Origin: Octopus sinensis
Taxonomy: Eukaryota
Length of the DNA stretch: 64,000 bases
Direction of reading: 5' to 3'
NCBI RefSeq assembly: GCF_006345805.1
Contig: NC_043003.1
Coordinates: forward strand, 58,280,001-58,344,000
A model generated the notes under the pieces. The model saw nothing but the letters and a program-made list of their open reading frames with translations, ran no database searches and was not told where the DNA came from. This document shows positions 1-13,420 of the stretch, piece by piece (the first letter of the stretch is position 1; the number at the start of each line of letters is the position of its first letter). The position numbers and the translations under genes were made by a program.

Positions 1-230
1 TTAAGAAGTCAAGATTCACAACTTCAGAACTCCTAAAGAATACTCATTTGCATTCTCCAAAAACAATAAACTTTCCACTTCAAAATTAAATTTATTTATT
101 TATTTATTTGTTTTACACCTTTCCCATGATTGATTTCAGTTCTTCCAACTTCCTTACCTCCAACTTTTGTCTTTTTTCCCAAACTTTTTTTCCTCCTAAC
201 CAACCGTTTTCTGGCTGTCAATTCTTGCAG

Positions 231-402
231 GAACCATTCACGTGAACAAGACGCTGACTTACAACCCTAACAAATCATTTATCCAACTTGTCGTCGTCGC
301 CGAAGATGGTGGCACGCCACGGCTGTCAACCGTCGTCGGTATTTACGTGCAAATCTTTCCTGTCTACAACACCATTCCTAGCTTTCCTCAACTCACTTAC
401 AG
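231..402 (+). CDS. DCHS1: Dachsous-like cadherin, internal coding exon (part of a cadherin repeat)
   Basis: Acceptor ttcttgcag|231 and donor AG|gtaaca at 402/403. Translates GTIHVNKTLTYNPNKSFIQLVVVAEDGGTPRLSTVVGIYVQIFPVYNTIPSFPQLTY with the cadherin AxDGGxP motif. Its phase-2 end (AG) joins G at 1692 to give Arg, in frame with the next exon. Confidence 0.88.
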
Positions 403-527
403 GTAACAATCAGTCTTCTTTCTGAATCTTGCCCTTTTTCACTTACAGATTTGTTCATAGACAAAATATTTTGCATATTAATTTGTGCTATTGTGTTGTG
501 TTTCCAACTGGAAATCAGGAAATCTGA

Positions 528-855
528 AGGCAGCGAGCTGGCAGAAACGTTAGCACACCGGGCGAAATGCTTAGCAGTATTTCATTTGCCGCTACATTCT
601 GAGTTCAAATTCCGCTGAGGTTAACTTTGCCTTTCATCCTTTCGGGGTTGATTAAATAAGTACCAGTTACGCACTGGGGTCAATATAATCAACTTAATCC
701 ATTTGTCTGTCCGTGTTTGTCCCCTCTGTGTGTAGCGACTTGTGGGCAGTAAAGAGACAAGTTACGCACTGGGGTCGATTTAATCGACTTAATCCGTTTG
801 TCTGTCTTTGTTTGTCCCCTCTGTGTGTAGCCCCTTGTGGGCAGTAAAGAAATAA
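528..855 (+). mobile_element. tRNA-derived SINE family A (young tail), intronic, with duplicated 3' part
   Basis: Head ggcagcgagctggcagaaacgttagc, B-box gagttcaaattcc, core gcctttcatcctttcgggg. TSD-like aggaaat(c/t)tgaag on both sides. Confidence 0.85.
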
Positions 856-1101
856 GGAAATTTGAAGTATAAGTTGATGATGGATCTTAATGGCCATTCA
901 AAGTATCTCACATACACGCCTTGATTCAGGCTATAATGAAAGCAACAAATACATATACAAGCAAGGAACCCTTGAAGTTGTCTAAAATTTTTGGCTAGAA
1001 TTAAAATCAGCCTAAAATTATATAAAATTTTAATCTTAAATGGTATACTTACACCAAACAGTAATATTTTACACTATTTTAAGACTGAATTAATTTATAC
1101 A

Positions 1102-1350
1102 CCATCGTAATCATCATTGTTTAACGTCCATTTTCCATGCTGGCATAGGTTGGATGGTTTGACTGAGGACTGGCAAGCCAGTAGGCTGCACCAGGCTCCA
1201 GTCTCATCTGGCAAGGTTTCTACAGCTGGATGCCCTTCCTAACACCAACCACTCTTAGAGTGTAGTGGGTGCTTTTTACGTGCCACTGGCATGGGAGCCA
1301 CTCAGGCGACACTGGCATCGGCCACATTTGGATGGTGCTTTTTATGTGCT
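1102..1350 (-). mobile_element. SINE or LINE 3' fragment with RTE-like (GAT)n tail (family E)
   Basis: Homologous to 56225-56469: catcgtttaacgtcc...ggatgcccttcctaac...ggatggtgcttttt. Confidence 0.7.
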
Positions 1351-1691
1351 ACACACACACACGCATATATATACATATATATATATACACACACACATAT
1401 ACACACATGAATATATACACATATATATATATAAATATACATACATATATATATATAAATATACATGCACACACATATATATATATATAATATACATACA
1501 TATATATATATAAATATACATGCACACACATATATATATATATAAATATACATACACACACATATATATACATATATAAAATAATAAACATACATGTACA
1601 CATACACATATAAAATTTTAAACATATATATATTTGAGCTTTTCCGCTTCATTTCTGAGTTTCTAATTCTTTGCTTTCTGTTGTTTTTCAG

Positions 1692-4293
1692 GCACAATGT
1701 CAAGGAAAATATTAGCCGTGGTACTGTTCTACTTGACGTGAAACTACCAAAGTCAACGAGTCTCACACAGAACAGGATCTTCTATAAAATTGTCCAAAGT
1801 GAAATGCAAAACGTCTTCTCTATCGGTCGGCGTTCGGGTGAGATTGTTCTCAACAGTATGCTTGACCGAGAGAAAATTGATGACTACAGCTTTACAGTAA
1901 TGGCGATGAGTGGTCACCAATCATCCACAGTGAATGTCGACATTCTCGTCGACGACATCAACGACCAACGTCCAGTTTTTGACCAAGCAATCTATCATGT
2001 CGTGTTGAATGAATCGTTCCTCAGCAATGTCAGCTTTTGCCAAGTCCAAGCATCCGATAGGGATGTTGGCAACAACGGAAGAGTGGCTTACGCAATTACT
2101 TCTGGTAACGATAACGGGCTATTCCGAATAAACCGAGAAACCGGTAGGATATTTATCACTGCCGGACGTCACTTAGATTATGAATCGCAAACCAGTCACA
2201 AACTTGTTGTGAGGGCCATTGACTGTGTCGGCTGTAAGGTCGGCGAAAGTCGACTGATGACTTTTACGTCAGTCGTGATAAATGTGACAGATGTCAATGA
2301 ATCTCCTCCCCGTTTCCCACTTCGAAAATATATTGAATTTATTGCCGAAAATGAACCGGTCACCACTCGTATATTCCAAGCTCATGCAAACGATGAAGAC
2401 AAGTACGAGAAAATGAGCTACCACATCTTCAACAACGACTACAGCTACTTCTACATTGATAAAGAGAGTGGCTGGGTTCACAGCTCAGTGAGCTTTGACT
2501 ATGAGTCACGTACTCAGTACACATTCCAGCTGTTGGCCAACGACAGTAACGGACAGAACACGACAATTAAAGTTACAGTAAATATTTTGAGTGTTGACGA
2601 GTATACGCCCAAGTTTAAGAAGAAGTCGTACTCATTCGAAATCCGTGGTGATGCGGATGTCGGTGACTATGTAGGCGAAGTCAATGCCACCGATGAGGAC
2701 AAAGGGGAAGATGGCCGCATATTCTTCCAGCTTGGTGATCCAGCCAGCCCGTTTCTGATCTCACCAATAAACGGTAGCATCTATGTACGAGAGAACTTAC
2801 GTGGAATTCGAAGTGGACACCAGTCTACTAGTCGACGAAAGAGGGACACAAAAGAAACAGAATCAAATGAGAAATATGAGGATGTGTCCCTGGTCGTTCT
2901 AGCTGGATCAGGGAAGTCGAATTCCAAAACAACAAGCACCAAGGTGAATGTAAAAATTGACCGTGGTTGCATAGGATGTAATAAGTTAAAAGTATTCAAT
3001 CCGGAACCAAGCAGTAAGAAACTGGTGATAATAATTGTTGCCGTATTAGTCAGTCTCATCATCATCAGTGTCTGCATTCTGTTGTTCTTGCTTTTTCGGC
3101 GTCGGTATCGCAAACGAAAACCCCGAAGCGCACCACCAGCTTTTAATACTGCATTTGAGGTACCTCCACCTGTTGCTCCGAGGCACACTGGACCTCCCTC
3201 CTACCAAGAAGTCGTTCACTGCAATGGGCATTCTGTGAACATTGCTCGGTCCGAGGTGCTTTCTGATAGGTCAGGTAACTCAACATCTAGTGGGCGTGGT
3301 TCTGCAGAAGAAGAAGAGGATGAAGAGATTCGTATGATCAACTCCAACACCTGCATTCAGTCACAAACATTGTCAAGAAAGAGCAAGATGCCTGACTCTG
3401 GCATCCAGCAAGATGATGACAGCTGTTCCGAACCTCCAGTTCAGAACCATCAAGAGTATTTTGCCCGGCTAGGTATCGATACCGCACGGATACAGGCTAA
3501 GGCAAAAGCTGCTGCCGTTGCACCTTCTGTGGATAGTATCCGCCATTACCAAGATGAAGGTGGCGGAGACAGTAACAACGTTGACAATTTTGTGTATGAA
3601 AAGCTAGGAGACATTGAGACAGACGATGAGTTGTCTATTATAGAGAACTCAAGAGATCAAGGGTTTCATGATGCAGAACCCCACCAGGTGGCGTCGTTAT
3701 CTAGTGTAGTGAACAGCGAAGAAGAATACAGCGGTTCCTATAATTGGGATTATTTGCTTGATTGGGGTCCACAATATATGCCACTGGCTGATGTTTTTGC
3801 TGAAATAGCTCAGCTAAAAGATGAAGAAAATTCAAACTTTAGACCCAAAAAACAGCCAGTTCACATGGTCCCTCAAAGATTTGTAAATAGCACATTGAAT
3901 GCTAACATTCGGACTGTACCACCTCCTATAATTACAGATGCACCCCCCAGAATGTATAAGCAAGGTTCAAAGCACTCTAGTCACACAGCAGCTCCAGGAG
4001 GCCCCATGATCCCTTCATCAAGGACTAATGCTCCTCTCCCACCGTTGCCTCGGTCACCAATCACCCACGAGTCCTTTTTCCCATCCCCTGCATTGACTCC
4101 TTCATTTTCACCCTCTCTGTCGCCATTGGCAACAAAATGTCCATCCCTATCTCCTGTTGTTAGCTCCCGTGGAGCTTCAAGTTCTGGACACAGCTCTGCT
4201 CCAAACATGCCGGGCCGTGCACATGCAATAGTCAAACAAAGTCAGACTGGTTACATAGCTTCACCAGATTCAGAACAAGAGATTAGAATATGA
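1692..4293 (+). CDS. DCHS1: Dachsous (protocadherin-16-like) terminal exon: last ~4 cadherin repeats, transmembrane helix, full cytoplasmic tail
   Basis: Acceptor ttgtttttcag|1692. Cadherin motifs LDRE, DINDQRP, ASDRD, LDYE, DVNESPP. TM LVIIIVAVLVSLIIISVCILLFLLF (~3022-3096). Dachsous tail motifs SSGRGSAEEEEDEEIRMIN, PDSGIQQD, GSYNWDYLLDWGPQYMPLADVFAEIAQLKDE, PSFSPSLSPLA. Ends EIRI-TGA. Confidence 0.93.
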
Positions 4294-4771
4294 AAAAAAA
4301 TTGGTTTTTAAAAAGACAATTACTTATTTTTTGTTCAAATTTTTTTTTTCTTCCACCACTCAGTTCTGTTATTTCTCCAAATGCCTTGTAATTCTGATTC
4401 TACAGGTCAGCCAGCAGGACATCACAATTCACATTGTCTAGTTCTAGAGAACAGGCAGACAGACAGACAGACAGAGTAAAAGAAACGAACTTTGGTGGAT
4501 ATTGGTCTGCAACACACGATTGTCTAAATTTAGATGTAGCAGACAGTAGTGGGAACTGGCTAGATAAAAATGCATCCAGCCCCACACAAATTTAACTACT
4601 ACTACTACTAATAATAATAATGATACAACAACTATTATTACAAGTGACGAGGTAGACATAGACAGATGTTTACAGGCTTGCATTGTCAAATGTCCCTCTA
4701 AAACTTTAGGCTCAATTCTCACATCGCTGCCAAACCAAATGGGGGAGAAAAAAAATACATATATATATATG

Positions 4772-4801
4772 AATAAATAAATAAATATAAAATAAAATAA
4801 A
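4772..4801 (+). other. Cluster of AATAAA hexamers, candidate Dachsous polyadenylation region
   Basis: Several AATAAA about 480 nt after the stop, followed by gtgtttgctctg. AT-rich context makes this weak. Confidence 0.3.
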
Positions 4802-5359
4802 GTGTTTGCTCTGCTCTTAAAAAAAATAAGCCTGATCTAATACTCCATTGAATTCTGATTATTCTTGGTTAGAAATAAATAAAAAAAAAATTGAATTTAT
4901 TTTTGCACAGCTTCCATCCATATAGAGAGAGAACCTCACAAATCCACTTCCATCAATCTCTGCATTCTACAAATATTTTTGTCTTGGAACTAATATATGT
5001 CAAAAAAAAACAAAAAACAAATAAATAAATGAATGAATAATAATAATAATAAAGGAAAAAGAAAAACAAAGATAAAAGGAGAAGAAAGAAAACAAAACAA
5101 TAGAGGAAAAAAACAAAAACTTACCCTTTTTGTTTTTTTTTTAAATTCTGGAAGTCGCTTTTATTTTTTAACATATATATATATATTTTTTAATTTAATT
5201 TTTTTTTTTAATTTTTAAATTTCTGAGCAATTTAATCAAATGCTGTTGTAAACTTCCTTATATAGGCATGGCTTCCATATCAAATCATTCTTGTGCAAAA
5301 AAGGTTGTAGAATGATAGATAAACAAACTTTCACATGCTTCAGTTACGAAAATCATGCA

Positions 5360-5440
<81 letters not shown>

Positions 5441-5499
5441 TGTATATTATTGTTATTACTATTATTATTATTATTATTATATTATTATTATTATTATTA

Positions 5500-5740
5500 A
5501 GGACGGCAGTTTGACGGAATTGCAAGAGCATCAGAAAAAGTGCCTTGTGGTATTTGTTCCGGCTCTTTACATTCTGAGTTCAAATCCTGCCAAGGTTAAC
5601 TTTGCCTTTCATCCCTCCTGGGATGATAAAAATAGAACTACCAGAGTACCTTTCAAACCCTGATGTTGATGGTGCAGAGTAACCCTCACCGACACCAACT
5701 CCCTTCAAAATTGCAGGCCTTGTGCCTAAATCAGAAACTG
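5500..5740 (+). mobile_element. SINE family A, older tail variant
   Basis: gagttcaaatcc B-box, tttgcctttcatcc core, tail aaaattgcaggccttgtgcc; flanked by (ATT)n. Confidence 0.7.
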
Positions 5741-5887
5741 CTACAATTATTATTTTTATTATTATTATTATTATCAACTAGGTAATTAATTAATTAATGC
5801 TATTATAATTTTCTGTTCTTCCTTTTGTTTAGAAGTTTAAAAAAATACATATAACAAAACCAAAAATTAAACAAAATAATCACACAT

Positions 5888-5919
<32 letters not shown>

Positions 5920-6039
5920 GCTTATTTCTTTTGATGATTTAGCTGTTTCAAAGAATTACTTCAGTCATTAAATATATTATTATTGATAGTGTTATCAATA
6001 TCATTATTATTATTATTATTATTATTATCAATATCATTA

Positions 6040-6087
<48 letters not shown>

Positions 6088-7059
6088 CATTATTATTATT
6101 ACTACCTGTTTACTGTTTCTTTGTTAAAACACAACTAATTAACTCACTTCCAGATAAACTTGCCTCTTATATGTTTATGTGTGTGTGTATGTGTGTGTGT
6201 ATGTATATATATTTAAAATGTGTGTGTTTATAAATATATATATATATATATATACATGTATATACATGCACACATAAATATATATAAAATATTATATATA
6301 TATATACACACACATAAATATATATGTGTGTGTTTATAAATATATATATATACATGTATATATAGTTATATGTATGTATACATGTATATAAATATAATTA
6401 CATATGCATATACTTATACATACTCATGTATGTGTATATATATATGTGTGTGTGTGTGTGTGTATGTATGCACATATATATACATACATATACCTGTGCA
6501 CACTTATGTATGTGTGTATACGTGCATGTATGCATGTGTGTGTGTGCACATTTTATTTATATTTAACACACACACACATTCACACATATGTATGCATGTT
6601 TGTTATAAAGCATTCAGCAGTGTGTGTTTAATCTTTTTTATCAAGGATCTTTCATATTTCTTTGTTAGTTCCTTTATGTATAGTTTGGATTGGTTGCACT
6701 CTTAAATCCATTAGTCCATTAATTTTTCAAAACCTTCTTGGCTTCTTCATCAGAATGAAATGATGATAATAATGGCAAGTTTTCTTGATATGCTTTGCAG
6801 TGGATCATGGAAATAAATAAAGATACATAAATATATATATATATATTGTATATCTTGTATGTACAGTTAGATGTACAATTGTTAGTATTTGAGTTTAGAG
6901 TTCCGTGTAGATTAGCAATATGCATCTGCTTATAGTATAGGGTTTTGCTTACTACTATACTCCGTAGTATTATTAGTTGTGAGATACAGAGCAAATATAG
7001 TAGAAATTATGATAACATTTTCTCTTCCCCTGAAGCATGGTGTGGTATTACTTTAAAGA

Positions 7060-7700
7060 AATTTATTGTGTAAGGTTAGAACAGTGCGAGAAGGTACAAG
7101 GTAAACTACAAAAGGAAGGAAAAGAAAATAAAACCAAACAAAGTTATAGTTTTACCTTGTAATTCTATATTTCGGGGCTATAACCACTTCTTCAGGACAT
7201 TTGGGAAAAAAAGCGACAGATGGGAAAGTCATTGCTCAGATTTGTAGGGGAAGAAGGAGGAAGGTGACATGCACAGACTAGTGTTTCTATAGTAACTAGT
7301 TTGCTTTGTGTAGTTCCTTCCTGTTGTTAATGGCTGGTCTTAGTTTGCTGATCAGGAGGGCCTCCATGGTTAATCGACTCATCTTATTTATAAGGAGGAC
7401 CGCCATGGTTCTGAGTTTGTTCCTGTTACATTGAATGGCTCTGATAGATACCTTAAAATCCTAGGTCCAGCATTTCTCTAAGTGTTTTTTATATTGAAGT
7501 GTCGTGTGTGGTGCCCCAATGTAGTATGTCCCACATTTACTGTCAACTACTTCTTATACCGCATAGGCCCTTGAGCACATTTTGAAAGTCGTTAGTGGGG
7601 TAATTGGATAGTATGCACCCCATGATGCTGTCTGTGGTATTACTCCTAGACAGAAATTTCCTCAGGGATGGGCTGGTGTGCACCATCTGTTTGTTGATAA
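7060..7700 (-). mobile_element. Penelope-like element fossil: GIY-YIG endonuclease C-terminus plus pseudo-LTR
   Basis: Minus strand reads AV*EVVDSKCGTYYIG (~7514-7565) and MEALLISKLRPAINNRKE (~7312-7368), typical PLE endonuclease motifs. Followed by hammerhead-like ctgaagaagtggttatagccccgaaa (7168-7195). Confidence 0.75.
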
Positions 7701-7764
7701 AATTATACACTGGTTAAGTACTGGAAGAGATTGTGGTTTATGGTACATCTTTAGTGTCTTTTAA

Positions 7765-8140
7765 TTGTTATTTGTTTCTGTCAAAAACTGCAGTCATGCT
7801 GGAGCAACACCGTTTTAATTGAACAAATCAACCCAAGTACTTATAATTTCCTGTTTTAAGCCTTGTACTATTCTATCAGCCTCTTTTGCCAAAACTACTA
7901 AGTTATGAGGATAGACAAAGTAGCATTTGTTGTCAAGTAGTAGGAAGGAAACAAACACAAACACATATACACATTCATATATGATGGGCTTCCATACAAT
8001 TTCCATCTACCAAATTCACTCACAAGGCATCTATCAGTTCAGAGTGGTAAAAAATGCTTGCCCAAGGTACCAACCACATGGTGGGACTGAACTCTAAACT
8101 ATGTGGTTGAAAAACTAAGTTCTTAACCACACAGCCATGT
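7765..8140 (-). mobile_element. SINE family B (tRNA head, CORE-like ccttgggcaag, internal microsatellite), diverged
   Basis: Reverse-complement match to 24482-24870 and 55390-55795. Confidence 0.75.
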
Positions 8141-8267
8141 CTCTGTGATGTTTATATATTTCTTTAAAGATATTACTAAAACCACCATGGCTAACCAACG
8201 CATTTTATTTTTCCGTTGTCAATTTATATATGAGATTATAATGCTGTAAAAGTTGGGTTTTCTTTAA

Positions 8268-8453
8268 TTCTTATACTTGTTTCAGTCATTTGACTGCAGC
8301 CATGCTGGAGCACCACCTTTAGTCAAACAAGTCGACCCCAGGACTTATTCTTTGTAAGCCTACCATCTCTTTTGCCAAACTGCTAAGTTATGGGGACATT
8401 GACATGTCAAGCAATGGTGGATGGAGGGGGGACAAACACAGACACACAAACAT

Positions 8454-8496
<43 letters not shown>

Positions 8497-8612
8497 ACAG
8501 GCTTCTTTTCAGTCTCTGTGTATCAAAGACACTTGCCCAAGGTGCCATGCAGTGGGACTGACGCCGGGACCATATGGTTGGTAAGCAAGCTACTTACCAC
8601 ACAGCCACTCTA
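8268..8612 (-). mobile_element. SINE family B, internally deleted
   Basis: cttgtttcagtcatttgactgcagccatgctggagcacc ... cttaccacacagcc. Confidence 0.8.
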
Positions 8613-9782
8613 TTTAACTTTAATACAATGAGTTGAGATTGCTCTTTGTTACAAATACATGATGAAAGAAAATCTCAACATTCAGATCAATAAAGGTTTA
8701 CAAATTTCACATTTCTTTTGAAATTTCTATATTGCACTAGTTAACAGAAGTATGATCTATGGTTTGCCAATTCATGGTCTTGTGTCAAAAAAAGAAGGAG
8801 TGCCTCTTGGTGTTTTCAAAATTAACACCAACTATAAGTTTTCTGACAAGAATGATACAAATTGTGGTCTATTTTATTAGGTTTTTAAGGACATATGCAA
8901 CTGTTCTGCAACCAGAGGACCTTTGCTTCTTCACAGATTTTTACTGGATACCAAAACTCTTGTGCCAGTTATTGTTAGATAATGTAAGCATATTACAGCA
9001 ATTACATTGCAAATGATTCAAATTGTGGTCTATTTTATTGGCCCTTTAAGGACACAATCACTTATTTTGTTAAGCAGAGGGTCTTTGCTTCTTCGCACAT
9101 TTTTCCTGGATGCCAAAACCATTGTATCAGTTGTTGGATAATGTTAGTATATTATAAAAAAATGCATTGTGAAAGATGCAAACAAATAAAGACTTTTAAC
9201 TTCACTGAAATATTAATTAGTGTCAAGATTTTCATCATGCCAACTGCAAACCTGGTTGCTGATGTTCTACTGCAGTTCTAGATGCAGTGGAATGGCATCA
9301 GTGAGCAGGTCACAGTTGGTGCAATTAAAATTCTGACACCAAATAATAAATATTTAGTCTTTGCGTGCTTTGGAATGGCTAATGTGTCTCCTTCATGCTG
9401 TAATTGTTTTAGTCTCAATGTACAGTCTCAGATCAAATCGGTTGCCTGTAGGGTACACCTCTGAAATACGATAATACGTTATCTATTAGCATAACTGTTG
9501 TTAATTATTCCTCTTGTTACTCTTACTCTTGTAATGAAAAGTGTTAATTGTTATAGAATTTCTGTTGAAATTCATTGCGTTTGTTTCAATTAATTTTTAA
9601 AATAATGAAAAATTTAATAAAATAATTTTGTCATTATGAGCTGGTGTCTGGAACCAGCTTAATAATAAATTCTATAAAAATTAATATGAAATTTTGATGG
9701 AAGATTTTAACTCAGGTCACTTTCAATTAGAAATATTGAATCATACAACCAAAGACAAATGCTGGCGGGCTAATATCAAGAG

Positions 9783-9950
9783 CAGTGATTCTTAACCTTT
9801 TAATATCCGGGCCAAGTCCAAAACCTGGATTTTTTTTTAGGAGCTTGCACCAAAAATGTAAAACAAGAGTCAATTATAGAAAAGATGTATTATATTTATA
9901 GAGGGAAGGCCATCAGGGAAAGCACTGGGAAGGGTGGTTGAGAACCGCTG
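9783..9950. mobile_element. Small hAT-type (MER5/Charlie-like) MITE
   Basis: Terminal inverted repeats cagtgattcttaacc / ggttgagaaccgctg. No clear TSD. Confidence 0.55.
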
Positions 9951-11013
9951 ATTAGCTTAATGTCTATTTTACTCGTTAAGTTTTTACATTAAACCAGTGA
10001 AGATGATTTTATGAGTCTGAAAAATCCTCCAATCATTCTCTATGACTTGTTTGCAAAGCATGTGAACGACAAGAGTATTGCCATCATTTATTTCTTCCTG
10101 AGAATCTATTAGAAAATCTTGAAATGTTAATGGACCGATGGATTAAGGAATGGTGTTCTTCCAAACTCCATGTAAAGTATTAATAAGAAATGTGCAATAT
10201 CCTACAACAAAAAAGATTAAACTTGAACACCATCGTGTCATAATTATATGTCTGAGAGAACAGGTTTCCTATATTTACATATACGCACATATATATATGT
10301 ATATACATATATATGTGTATATATATATGTGTGTGTGTATATATATATATTCATGTAAATTAAATATAAAGCATATTCTATATATATATCGCATACACAT
10401 ATATGTGTATATATTCATATATTTATATACACATATGTATATGATTATGAATATACCTATACATGAAAAGTGGATGTTAAATAATGATGATGCATCTATA
10501 TATATATATATATAAATGTATATACAAGTGTGTGTATACATTTATATATATCAAATTTACATGTTTTATATATTCACATATACATATTCATATTGTATGA
10601 TATATATATATATTATATATATATATTATATATATATAATATATATATATGAGTATGCATATATATGTATGTATGTATACATATATATGTATATTGTATA
10701 TATATTATATGTGTGAGTATGATACCTTTACTGTTTTGTTCTGGAACTCAAAACCTCTCGGATTCTCTCCTCTCTATCTAACTTCTTATGTATTTCTTTC
10801 TCTCTCTCTCTCTCTCTCTCTCTACATTGCAGTTACTCCAGAACATATTCTGTCTTTATACTTGTGCAAAACTAACCACTCAATCAACCAATAAAAGCAA
10901 AGCTTCCCTCCAACAATGTAATAACTTATATTTTGTTTTCAATATTTGTATTTAATGTTTTGTATATTTTTGTTTTTACATACAATTTGTTTTTAAAACA
11001 AACTTCCACTTTA

Positions 11014-11054
<41 letters not shown>

Positions 11055-11417
11055 TAATCAAAGGATATACTTAGTATGTCTACCTGCTGGAAATAAAAGT
11101 CAAAACTCTTATTTAAATTGCCAAAATACACTGATAATAACTACAGAAATCAACTGTCCGAAGGCAAACGGGCTAAGACAATCTCCCAGCATACATTCAT
11201 GTATTTGGACTTATATGGACCAGTTTCTGCACTGACATAATAGCCTCAGCTTCGCCAGCATGTGTTACCATGATATATTGAAGTCTGCACTGAAATCATA
11301 GCAGCCACCAGTGTGAAAATAATTTCAATAGAGAGCAAATAATTCACAAGAAAAAAAAGTTATTCACGAAAAAAATAATTTGCAAAGATATCATTGACTC
11401 TGTTATTGTCTAGTGTA

Positions 11418-11459
<42 letters not shown>

Positions 11460-11829
11460 AAGTATGACCGACACAAGATGTACTTTATGCCATTTGTTAC
11501 CTACACGTGTTTCACCACAGTTCTTTACCAGAAGTAGACTAGATAACGATACTGTACATGGAGCTGTAAAATCACCAGTAGCACTCGTACATCTAACTGT
11601 ATATACAAGAAATACTACTTTTGCTTGTAGTCACAATTCACTCGGAGTTTTTTGTTGTGTTTTTTTTCCTTTTGCCAGGAGGAAGGGACGTAACTCTTGG
11701 TGGAATCCTATTTCTTTGTTGCCTTCCGCAACTTCGTTTCGTCTTTTTCACGGTCCATGCAAATCATGTGTGACACTTCTTTACCTCCAATAAGAGAGAG
11801 AGAGCCATCACCACTTTTTCCAACTCAGC

Positions 11830-11897
11830 TACTCTGACGAGCACAGTTCTTAATCGTCTCATTATGCAATAGCCTGGGTGAAACCCATAGGTAAGAT
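11830..11897 (+). ncRNA. Degenerate type I hammerhead ribozyme-like motif
   Basis: CTGACGA (11834), imperfect stem II gcacag/ctgggt, GAAA, stem III ACC-cata-GGT, GTA cleavage triplet. Lies in a unique block downstream of a (TA)n tract. Confidence 0.5.
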
Positions 11898-12275
11898 CGG
11901 TTGTAATGGATCTATAATACTACTTTCTTTGATTAATATACGTGAGAAGACCTTCCTCTGTGTATATGTCAAAACATATTATGAACTGTGAATGACATCA
12001 CCAGATCATAGGATGCATGCGTTTCTGAGTTACCTCACGTTGTCAACTACGAACACCAATCTGCCATTCACAGCCCGTATATCGTACGGTCAAACCAGAA
12101 ATAAAATCGCACTTAGCAACATTGAATGAAATATATTAGTGTAAAAGTTACACGTAACGTTCGATTGCATTTGGATGTGAGAAGACCCTTCGCTGCGACA
12201 ATAGCCCCTGGAGAAAATTCCCACCTAGTCGAGATGAGTGAAACCAACATACACACACACACACATATATATATA

Positions 12276-12660
12276 GGCGCAGGAATGAATGTATTGTGAG
12301 AAGTGTGCTTCCCACCCCTGTGGTTCTGGGTTCCGTCCCACTGCATGGCACCTTAGGTAAGTATATCTTCCACTATAGCCTCAGGTCGACCAAAAACTTG
12401 TGAGTGGACTTGGTAAACGGAAACTGAAAGAAGCCCATTGTGTGTGTGTGTGTCTGCCTTTGTGTCTATGTTTGTCCCCCACCACCACTTGAGAACTGGT
12501 GTTAGTGTGTTTATGTCCCTGTAACTTAGCGTTCGGCAATAGAGAATGATAGAATAAGTACCCGGCTAAAAAAAAGTGCAGGGATCTATTCATTCGACTA
12601 AAAATTCTTCAAGGTGGTGCCCCAGCATGGCCGCAGTCAAAAGACTGAATCAAGTAACGA
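12276..12660 (+). mobile_element. SINE family B
   Basis: ggcgcagg head through cagcatggccgcagtcaaaagactgaatcaag tail. Confidence 0.8.
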
Positions 12661-13117
12661 CAGGCCACCTCACAGTTCCCGTCTATCAAATTTTTTCACA
12701 AGGCTTTGCTCAGCCCAGAGATACAGTAGAAGACACTTGCCCGAGGTGCCATGCAATGGATGTGAAACACCTCTCCCGCAAACTACACAATTACAAAGCG
12801 AACTTCTTGATCTTACAGACTTGACTGTGTCTATGATTATTTATTTCAAACAAGGATTCAAAACTTAGAAATACAATGAGCATTATGAAAACGAAAATAA
12901 CCAAGTAAATTGAATCGTACTTATTCGTTTTGATAATTCAGGGAAGCCCGAGTTAAATTTTAACTTTTCGTTAGTTACGTTATACACGAGTGTGTATTTA
13001 TTATACGGGAATAAATACGGCATATCTCTGTGCGTGTGTTTACGTATATATGTGTGTTTTATTTAATTTACAGGCAAGAAGCATCTCGGCTATCAAGAAA
13101 CAAAATATGTTTTACAT

Positions 13118-13332
13118 ACTGCTTTCAAATTTTGGCACAAGGCCAGCGGTTTCGGGGGAGGGGACTAGTCAATTACATCGACCCCAGTGTTTCACTCGTA
13201 GTTATTTTATCGACCTCGAAAGGGTGAAAGGCGAAGTCGACCTCGGCGGAATTTGAACTCAGAACGTAAAGACAGACGAAACACCGCTCAGCATTTTGCC
13301 CGACGCGGTAACGACTCTGCCAGCCCGCCGCT
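13118..13332 (-). mobile_element. SINE family A, older tail
   Basis: aaggcgaagtcgacctcggcggaatttgaactcagaacg is the reverse complement of the family A head and core. Confidence 0.8.
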
Positions 13333-13420
13333 TTTACTCTGTCTTACCTACTGAGTTTCACTTCTTCCGCTCTTACAAACTATTTTATGTATGAACACTT
13401 GCATACCACGTGCGTGTCGA

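Noticed and set aside
1594-1691. ATG start of the 899-aa ORF
   Set aside because: Lies in the intron (microsatellite and polypyrimidine tract); the real exon starts at 1692.
11495-11585. Minus-strand hammerhead (ctggtga...gaaacacgtgta)
   Set aside because: Core mutated and stem I does not pair; too degenerate to call.
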